Both the position numbers and the translations under genes were made by a program. From Octopus sinensis (Eukaryota): a stretch of 8,604 bases of DNA. Below the pieces are notes generated by a model, which was given only the letters and a program-made list of their open reading frames with translations, made no database searches and had not been told where the DNA came from. Position 1 is the stretch's first letter, and every line of letters starts with the position of its first letter. Shown in pieces: positions 1 through 6,983 of the stretch. The stretch is taken from contig NW_021828386.1 in the NCBI RefSeq assembly GCF_006345805.1, forward strand, positions 1 to 8,604. The letters run 5' to 3'.

Positions 1-79
1 ACATACATACATACACACACACACATACATACATACATACATACATACACACACACATACATACATACATACATACACA
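1..79. repeat. (ACAT)n/(AC)n compound microsatellite
   Basis: Tandem ACAT units interrupted by AC runs, read directly. Confidence 0.97.
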
Positions 80-1109
80 CAGGGAATGACAGAAGTAAAT
101 AAACACCCCATAAAACATCATTTTATATTTATTCTAACTTGTAAAAGTTTATATTTTTTATGAATTGATATTTTTTTTTACATTTCAGGTTCTATATGTG
201 ACTGTTTAAACATGTCTTGTACAAAAGAAACCTTGGAGCTGTCTGGATTTCACAGAGGCCATATTGTGGGTCATTCTGAAGGTGGACATAGTCAGCGTAA
301 AATCGCTGGAACCTTGGCATCCCGCTTTCTATAGTTAATTCACCAGAGAGAGAAAGGTGTCTCATCACATCGCCCAGATCAACCAGGCCCTTCTGACAAG
401 ACCCCCTCTCTTTGCTAAGGGAAGTGTGGAGGGTAATCCTCGTTGCAAGGCCACTGATACAGCAGAACAATTTGATATCAGACTCAGAACATCTGTCAGG
501 TATCTCCACAAACTTGGCTTCTATGGCAGAGCAGAAAAAAAGGAAGCCACGCCTTCGACCCGCCAACATCAAGCGGAGATTGGGCCAGTGAGATGGTGGA
601 GAGGCCACTAGCATTTTGGGACATTGTCACATTCTCTGATTAGTCTAGATTTGCTGTATTGCCTAACAGTGGTCGAGTGTGGATCTGGAGACTCTGTGAT
701 CAAGAATTTGATGCGAAAAGATTGCAGACAACAATGAAACATGGCTGCTATTCTGTGATGGTCTGGGGAGAAATTTGGAGCAATGGTTGATCAGTGCTGG
801 TGGAGTGTGAGGTAAACATAAACTCAGATAATTATGTGTCCTTATTGAAGAAAGGACTCTTTCCAGTCTTCTGCAGTGGTGAAATGATTAAAGAAGACTC
901 TTTATTTAATTGTTAAATGGGTAAAATGACCCAAGATTTGTTGGATGAGAATGGGTTTAAAAAGCTTCCATGGTGAAGCCAGTCACCAGATATAAACCCT
1001 ATTGGACACTTCTGGGACATAATGGACAAAACAGTTCGTTAAAAGAACAAGAATGCATCTTAAAAGCCAGATTCATTGAGATTACTGCATGAAACTTGGT
1101 AACAAACTG
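80..1109 (+). mobile_element. Degenerate Tc1/mariner DNA transposon, 3' truncated
   Basis: Starts CAGGGAATGACAGAAGTAAATAAACACC (80-107), resembling Tc1-type CAGGG...AAACACC TIRs. A decayed transposase follows. Sequence runs into (ACAT)n at ~1110 and no matching right TIR is seen in the window. Confidence 0.88.
212..1102 (+). pseudogene. Tc1-family (DD34E-type) transposase pseudogene
   Basis: Manual translation across frameshifts: ATG 212 MSCTKETLELSGFHRGHIVGHSEGGHSQRKIAG / NLGIPLSIVN (HTH), LHKLGFYGRA / RKPRLRPANIKRRL, WDIVTFSD*SRF (catalytic D at 638-640, GAG>TAG at 641), SVMVWG (752-769), W*SQSPDINPIGHFW (971-1015; cf. Tc1 WPxxSPDLNPIE), LRLLHETW* (to 1102). At least 3 frameshifts and several stops. 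Confidence 0.93.
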
Positions 1110-1176
1110 CATACATACATACACACATACATACATACATACATACATACATACATACATACATACATACATACAT

Positions 1177-1208
<32 letters not shown>
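1110..1208. repeat. (ACAT)n followed by (ACAG)8
   Basis: ACAT array 1110-1176; eight ACAG units 1177-1208. Confidence 0.97.
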
Positions 1209-1209
<1 letters not shown>

Positions 1210-1365
1210 TCGCTCCACACTCAAAGAACAGCCATGCACCACTTTAAGCAAATCACTTCATTTCACGTTGCTCCAGTCAACTCAGCTGGCAAAAGTGAGC
1301 ACTCCTGCGAGGGACTGGCGTCCCATCCAGGGAAGGAGGAAAAATATACGACACAGATGCGGAAA

Positions 1366-1366
<1 letters not shown>
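1210..1366 (+). mobile_element. Truncated CORE-type SINE fragment
   Basis: CORE-like segment TTTAAGCAAATCACTTCATTTCACGTTGCTCCAGTCAACTCAGCTGGCAAAAGTGAG, then CCTGCGAGGGACTGGCGTCCCATCCAGG (1304-1331), 25/28 identical to the reverse complement of 4479-4506 in the SINE at 4401-4685. No intact A/B boxes. Confidence 0.7.
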
Positions 1367-1400
<34 letters not shown>

Positions 1401-1438
1401 ATATATATATATTATATATATGTGTGTGTGTGTGTGTA
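1366..1438. repeat. (CA)n-(TA)n-(TG)n microsatellite
   Basis: Read directly; probably the internal microsatellite of the adjacent SINE. Confidence 0.95.
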
Positions 1439-1569
1439 ACTGCTTCTTTCCATTTCTGTCTACCAAGTCTTTGGTCGGCCCGAGGCTATAGTAGAAGACA
1501 CTAACCGAGGACCTCAACCTGGAACCATGTGGTTGGGAAGCAAGCCAATTACCACAGAGCCACGCCTGC
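1439..1569 (-). mobile_element. tRNA-derived SINE, 5' half (same family as 6006-6982)
   Basis: Minus strand begins GCAGGCGTGGCTCTGTGG with A-box TGGCTCTGTGG (1552-1562) and degenerate B-box AGGTTGAGGTCC (1509-1520). Body GTGTCTTCTACTATAGCCTCGGGCCGACCAAAG aligns by eye with 6870-6982. Similarity to octopus SINEs is recalled. Confidence 0.8.
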
Positions 1570-1675
1570 TTGTCATCTCAAAAGCTATCACCATTTTGAC
1601 CTTCATCTATCTGTTCACATCGCTTTTTTTTTTTTGTTTTGTTTTTTCAATGGTGCCGTCTCCATGTACAGCTTA

Positions 1676-1765
1676 TCACCTTCCGCAGGTAACGGACATC
1701 CTTCTTCTTTTAACATCGAGAACTCTGTGACAACACGTTGGTTCTACTTGGAAACCGTTATCTAC
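1676..1765 (-). other. Candidate coding exon (VDNGFQVEPTCCHRVLDVKRRRMSVTCGR*)
   Basis: Minus strand: pyrimidine tract CTCTTTTTTCCTGTTCTTCATTGCAG| with AG at 1767-1766. Only the phase-0 frame is open; it ends in TGA TAA (1678-1673), or at a weak donor AAG|GTGATA after 1680. No homology recognised. Confidence 0.35.
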
Positions 1766-1877
1766 CTGCAATGAAGAACAGGAAAAAAGAGTTACTGACA
1801 GCAACGATTTCAACTGTCTATATCAATATATAATAATGCTAGGCCTACTTTTCGACTACCTTCAACATAACACCTTT

Positions 1878-2497
1878 GTGTGTGTATATGTGCGTGTGCG
1901 TGTGCGTGTGTGTGCACGCGCGTGTGTGTGCACGCGCGTGTGTGTATAAATTGTACATACATACGTGTGTGTATCACTTTGTATGTTTATAAATTTGTAT
2001 ACTTATATGCATGTGAACAGGTGTCTATGTATGTGGACTCATATTTTTGCATGTGTATGTATATACATAGTTATACATGTGTGTGCGTGTGTGTATACAT
2101 GTGTATCTACAATATATTTTATTAATATATATGCATATATACGTATATATATATATATATGCATATATATATATACACATATATACACATATATATATAT
2201 ATGCATATATAGATACACATATACACCTTAAATATTTGTGCATATGTAGTATATTGTATACGCACACATATACAAAATACATACATATATATACATACAT
2301 ATATGCAGCTATATGTATACACACTTCCCATATATACGTATAAATATATACATATATATACACAGATATATATATACAGATATATGTGTGTACGTGTGTA
2401 TGTTAATATGTATATATTTATCTATGTATGTATTTATGTATGTGTGTGTGTATGTATGTATGTATATATGTATGTATGTATGTAAGTATGTATGTAT
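1878..2497. repeat. Degenerate (TG)n/(TA)n/(TATG)n tract with an alternating purine-pyrimidine GC-rich start
   Basis: Read directly; 1878-1947 alternates purine/pyrimidine and contains two copies of GTGTGTGCACGCGC (Z-DNA-prone by composition). Confidence 0.92.
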
Positions 2498-2774
2498 GAC
2501 AAAAATCGAACAGTTAAAGAAAGTGAAGTCCAGCCGACAATTGAGTTTGTAGAAACAATAATAAAATGGCGACTATAATGATTTCTAGCTGTCGGCTGCT
2601 CCAAACGAAAATGGCTTCTCTATATTCACATTGAAATGATCATAATGTTATTAGGTGTCGGCTCTATTAGTATCGGCCAGCCAGCATTTACAATTGTCGA
2701 GTAACTAATCACCGTTACAAATTACAACTGGCTTAAGTCTTATTTTCGTTCTATTCACTTTATTACAATAGATG

Positions 2775-3165
2775 CTGTTGTTTTTAATGTTGTGGTCGTT
2801 GTTAGTGTAGCGAGCGTGGCTGCTCGTTCGAGATGGCGGTCGTCGCCATTGTACCTATTTCTTTATATCTTTTTGTTCCGTTTTCTTTTTCGTCTTTTCC
2901 TAGACTTTGTTCCAGTCCTCCTTAGTTTACTTGTTGTTGTTGCTGTTGTTGTTGTTGTTGTTGTTGTGTTGTTATACTTCTTGTATTCCTTCGGCTTCGT
3001 ATTCTTCATTTCCTTCTTTTTGCTCACTCTTTATATTGGTAGTTACATATTGTTGTTGTTGTTGTTCTTGTTAGTATTAACATTATTACCGTTATTGCCA
3101 GTAGTAGTAGCAGTAGTAGTAGCAGCAGCGGCAGTAGCAGCAGTTGTGGTGTTGATGTTACTGTC
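2775..3165. repeat. Degenerate trinucleotide tract (GTT)n/(GTA)n/(GCA)n with T-rich spacers
   Basis: Read directly; explains the poly-V/L/A ORF 2792-3172. Confidence 0.85.
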
Positions 3166-3223
3166 GATTTGAATCAATATGTTACCCTCAAGTGGTATTT
3201 ACTATTCTGTGTGCTTCCGTTTT

Positions 3224-3254
3224 ATATATACACACATATACATACATATGTATG

Positions 3255-3303
<49 letters not shown>

Positions 3304-3450
3304 TCATACTCACGCACACTCACACATACATACATACACACACACATATAAATACATATATATATATATATATACAGAGAGAGAGAGAGATAATATATAT
3401 ATATATATATATATGTGTATATATATATGTGTGTGTGTGTGTATGTATAC

Positions 3451-3483
<33 letters not shown>

Positions 3484-3712
3484 CATTCATTATACATATA
3501 CATTCATATATATATATATATACTTAAACAAACGTAAGTATATACTTGCTTATATATTTATATATATGAGTATATGCCTATATAACTGTGTATATGTGTA
3601 CATGTTTATACATGTCTGTATATGTCTGTTTGCGTGTATGCGTGTACGTTTGTATATGTTTCTATGTGCGCACATGTCTATATATGAATATGTATGTATG
3701 TGTCTATGTGTG
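3224..3712. repeat. Compound (TA)n/(TG)n/(CA)n/(AG)n microsatellites
   Basis: Read directly; source of the Y/I/C/V/H/T-rich ORFs. Confidence 0.93.
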
Positions 3713-3972
3713 CTTTTATACAGTAATGCTATGCGATTGGGTCTCTCTCGTTTCTTCTCACAATATTTTACAACTTTCAATTATTTTTTTTCCTTTCGTT
3801 TCTTGTTTTTTTCTTTTCCTTTTTTGCTTCTTTTGTTTTCCAATTTGTCGAACTCACTTGTCTGTCAGTTTGAATATATGTTACAAGTAACTCAGTCTGC
3901 ACCGAGATCTTATTTTATTTCATGTATATACCTATGTCTACGTATGCACACACAGCATATAAATATAAATAC

Positions 3973-3973
<1 letters not shown>

Positions 3974-4017
<44 letters not shown>
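3974..4017. repeat. Perfect (TA)n
   Basis: Read directly. Confidence 0.97.
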
Positions 4018-4020
<3 letters not shown>

Positions 4021-4400
4021 CGACTTGCAGACGGGAGAGATAGAACTTAATATATAAAGGAGAATATATGATGAATCATTTTATTTTTTCTTAATCGAAA
4101 AGCTACAGCAGCACAAGTGCCTTGAATTTCGTGCCAATGCACTTAACGTGGGTTCGTTGACACGAAATCTATCCCATGAATCAACGCAGCTTCTTGGCTA
4201 ACATGCACACATACCACACAAACACATGCACACAAACAGATATATTTAGAGATTTGATCTCAGTGAATCTAGCCAATGAAAACTAATCAAATTTACGTTA
4301 GCAAACGTAGTTTGGAAAGTTCGAAACCTAGGGCCTAGATTATCCACATCTGGGTTGTACATTTAATGTTCTTCCTACAGATATGATGAACTTTTTATAC

Positions 4401-4685
4401 TTGTTTGTTGTTCCTTCTCGAGTCATGCCTGGCTCATAAGGGCCGGTTTCCCGGTTTTCTTGGCGTATAGGTTCCCCACCTGGACGGGACGCCGGTCCGT
4501 CGCAGGTGAGCTGCAAGATGCAGGAGGAAAGAGTGAGAGAAAGTTGTGGTAAAAGAGTCAGCCGGAGCCGCGTGGAGCTTAGGTGTTTCGCTCATAAACA
4601 CACACATCACCCTGTTTGAGATTCGAACTCGCGATCCCTTGACCGCGAGTTCGCTGCTCTAACCACTAGGCCATGTGCCTCCACA
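4401..4685 (-). mobile_element. Near full-length tRNA-derived SINE
   Basis: Minus strand head TGTGGAGGCACATGGCCTAGTGGTTAGAGCAGCG: A-box TGGCCTAGTGG (4663-4673), B-box GAGTTCGAATCT (4619-4630). CORE-like TGAGCGAAACACCTAAGCTCCAC, 3' module CCTGCGACGGACCGGCGTCCCGTCCAGG, and an (A)ACA-type tail at 4401-4412. No TSD found. Confidence 0.85.
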
Positions 4686-4973
4686 TGGGTAATATTTTGC
4701 CAGAAAAAATATTTAAAGTTGATGAAAGAGTCATATATTAGCAGCGCAAACCTGAACGTCCGTACAACGTGATCAGATCCCTTGAACTTTCCTTCAATGA
4801 TTTACCTACCTACGGTGCTACGTACGTGACATTCGGGGATAAACTGCAGTGTTTACCAGACAACTTGACCTTGAGGTGGTCGAAGAAGACGTTGGACATT
4901 TGAAAGAAGCTGAAAGCGAAAGCGTGAGAAACACGAAATTGATGGAGCTGGAAATGAAGCGCCATTGAGAAGG

Positions 4974-5004
4974 TTTTCGAAATTTTCGAAATTTTCGAAA
5001 TTTT
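4974..5004. repeat. (TTTTCGAAA)3 tandem of a palindrome-containing 9-mer
   Basis: Perfect copies at 4974-4982, 4983-4991 and 4992-5000, followed by TTTT. Confidence 0.95.
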
Positions 5005-5250
5005 TTCTCTTATGAGGTTTTCACGCTATCTACCTGACAATTTCTTGTTAAGTTTTCCTTATTAAGTAGTTGTCCTTAATTGCTAAATTTTTATTCCGAA
5101 AAAACTTTTCCTCTCCCGAAATGCAATTCGTAAAAGTTTGCCATTTATCCGGATGTAATATATGTAAACTCACCATGTGCTTCGTTGATGTTGATCAGTT
5201 AGCTGATCGGCTTAAGCGGGGCAGGGTCGTTGTTTATTTATAATACATTC

Positions 5251-5298
5251 AGGCCTGCTGATGAGTACGTAAGTATGAAATCACTGTGATACAGGTCT
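5251..5298 (+). ncRNA. Minimal type I hammerhead ribozyme motif
   Basis: AGGCCTG (stem I 5', 5251-5257), CTGATGA (core, 5258-5264), GTAC-GTAA-GTAT (stem II with GNRA loop, 5265-5276), GAA (5277-5279), ATCAC-T-GTGAT (stem III, 5280-5290), A (H17, 5291), CAGGTCT (stem I 3', 5292-5298; 6 WC + 1 G-U). All core positions match the hammerhead consensus except 11.1 (U instead of C). Confidence 0.82.
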
Positions 5299-5395
5299 AT
5301 TTTTTTTTTTAAATGTCTTACTTTGAAAATTGCATTCGGTTGGGATTAGTAATATTTTTGGTAGAAATGACTAATTGTCCCTCTTAGCGTTTGGC

Positions 5396-5434
5396 ATGTA
5401 TGTATAATGCCTTCTGGTATGTATGTATAATGCC
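5396..5434. repeat. Short direct repeat ATGTATGTATAATGCC x2 (23-nt period)
   Basis: Identical 16-mers at 5396-5411 and 5419-5434. Confidence 0.9.
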
Positions 5435-5435
5435 C

Positions 5436-5448
5436 TCTATATATAAAT

Positions 5449-5479
<31 letters not shown>

Positions 5480-5592
5480 GCATATGTATATATAATATAT
5501 ATATATAAATATATATGTATGTGTATGTGTACATATATATATATATATGTATATACGTATGTGTGTGTGTGTATAGATATAAGTATATGTGT
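5436..5592. repeat. (TA)n/(TG)n microsatellite
   Basis: Read directly. Confidence 0.93.
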
Positions 5593-5772
5593 ACTTAAGT
5601 GGATTTCTGATGGATAGAGTTAGATTTGGCGTGAGGCAATTATAAACGTGAGTATTAGAGTATTATCGGTGTTAGTGCGAGAATAATGTATATCATTTGC
5701 AATTTTCATATCGTTAATAGTGAGCAAGGCTGTAATGAACTTATCTGGTTTGGGTACTCTTCGTTGGAGTGA

Positions 5773-5945
5773 ATATATACATATATATATACATACTTGT
5801 GCGTGTATATATATATATATATATTGATTGGTGTGTATATATGCATACCACCATATACGTATAGACGTATAATGTAGATTTGTATATTCACACAAGCATG
5901 TGTGTGTGTGTCTGTCTGCGTGTATGAGATCCCGTGTGTATACGT
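5773..5945. repeat. Degenerate (TA)n/(TG)n microsatellite
   Basis: Read directly. Confidence 0.8.
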
Positions 5946-6086
5946 CTATATTTTGTGTAACTTATGTCCTCAACTTCTGACCTGAACGAGTTTATATATA
6001 CACATTTCCTTTATTCTTTTATTCTTCTACTTGTTTCAATCACTGGAACACACCCATTCTGGAGCACTGCACTGAATAGTTTAATA

Positions 6087-6651
6087 GAATATTTCTCAAC
6101 CATTGTTTTTCTTTTTTTATCTAAGGAACTTTTTGATTACTAATTTATTCTGGTGGACCTTCAAAGTCAACTGATTTTTAGAAACTTATAGACTCGTCTT
6201 TCAAAATCCCTATTTTGTTTTTCACCCATTAACTTTGAATTATTTAACTCTTTACAGATTAGATTATTCTATCAAACATAATGCTTATTGGTTCACATTG
6301 ATTTGAATTAATCATGCATTATCTCATATCTTCAAGATCTTGATGGTGCAATTACTTAATGTAGAATAACATTGTAGGGTAGGTGTGAGAGCCTGGATCT
6401 GGTCAGTTTGAACATAAAACAGATTAAATATTTTGGCCTTGATATGGCCGCTTTAAATACTAAAGGGTTAAAACGTTAGAGAAAGAAATCCGGTCGTTTC
6501 TTGCAATAAATACATTTCAATCAAAATTTTCTCATGGGCCCTTAGAAAGCTACCTGTGGTTCCCTAATTTACCATTTTCTTGTGTGGACCCTGCCCCCAA
6601 TGTCTTATATGAAGCCCCAGGAGACATATGGAGCCCGGTCGAGACCCAATG
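6087..6651. mobile_element. Non-autonomous hAT (Charlie-like) MITE
   Basis: Left end GAATATTTCTCAACC (6087-6101) and reverse complement of right end CATTGGGTCTCGACC (6637-6651) match the Charlie-type TIR CAGTGGTTCTCAACC at 11/15 and 12/15. 8-bp TSD GTTTAATA (6079-6086) / GCTTAATA (6652-6659), 7/8 identical with central TA. Subterminal GTGGACC motifs at 6153 and 6584. Confidence 0.78.
6248..6467. mobile_element. piggyBac-type MITE (220 bp)
   Basis: TTAA on both sides (6244-6247, 6468-6471); termini CTCTTTA... and ...TAAAGGG (reverse complement CCCTTTA, 6/7). CCC...GGG ends with TTAA TSD are the piggyBac hallmark. No ORF. Confidence 0.82.
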
Positions 6652-6983
6652 GCTTAATAAAGGAAATCAACCCCAGGACTAATTCTTTTTAAACTTGGTA
6701 CTTGATGTGTTGGTTTCTTTTGCCCAACCGCTAAGTAACGGGGACGTAAACAAACCAACCCCAGTTGTCAAGTGAAGTAGGAACATACGCGCATACACAC
6801 ACACACACACACACCCATATACACAGAAATACACAGACACACAGACACACAAACACACACACACATACACACGGGCTAACATACAGTTTAAACCTAGCAA
6901 ATTCACTCGCAAAACACTAGTCGACCCAGGGCTCTGACGCCGTGCAGTGGGACTGAACCTAAAACCACATACTTATGAAGCGA

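Larger units (their letters stand above)
6006..6982 (-). mobile_element. tRNA-derived SINE split by a nested insertion (segments 6006-6086 and 6652-6982)
   Basis: B-box AGGTTCAGTCCC (6949-6960; A-box lost), body homologous to 1439-1569, internal (CA)n at ~6785-6870, 3' region 6660-6775. The tail (minus strand GTAGAAGAATAAAAGAATAAAGGAA) lies at 6006-6030, displaced by the insert. Joining the flanks gives CTGGAGCACTGCACTGAATAGTTTAATA|AAGGAAATCAACCCCAGG, which matches my recalled family consensus. Confidence 0.8.

Noticed and set aside
192-614. 140-aa minus-strand ORF and 84-aa plus ORF (357-611)
   Set aside because: Antisense shadow and one frameshifted segment of the Tc1 transposase pseudogene; not independent genes.
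999-4057. Many 60-292 aa ORFs rich in Y/I/C/V/M/H/T
   Set aside because: Translations of (TA)n, (TG)n and (TATG)n microsatellites, which lack stops in some frames.
4619-4685. Functional tRNA gene
   Set aside because: A and B boxes are present, but there is no acceptor-stem pairing and it continues into a SINE body and tail, so it is a SINE head.
4633-4785. 10-bp direct repeat GATCCCTTGA (4633-4642, 4776-4785)
   Set aside because: Does not bracket any element as a TSD; likely chance.
4866-4928. Resemblance of HAFAFSFFQMSNVFFDHLKVK to a Penelope ORF N-terminal H-x2-F-x3-C...P-x2-L motif
   Set aside because: The key Cys and Pro are absent and the comparison rests on memory; only a profile search could support it.
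4974-5004. Heat-shock element
   Set aside because: HSE needs GAAnnTTC / TTCnnGAA spacing; here spacings are 3 and 0 nt.
5620-5895. 91-aa minus-strand ORF with a non-repetitive C-terminal half
   Set aside because: Start lies in a microsatellite, no convincing splice acceptor, no recognisable domain.
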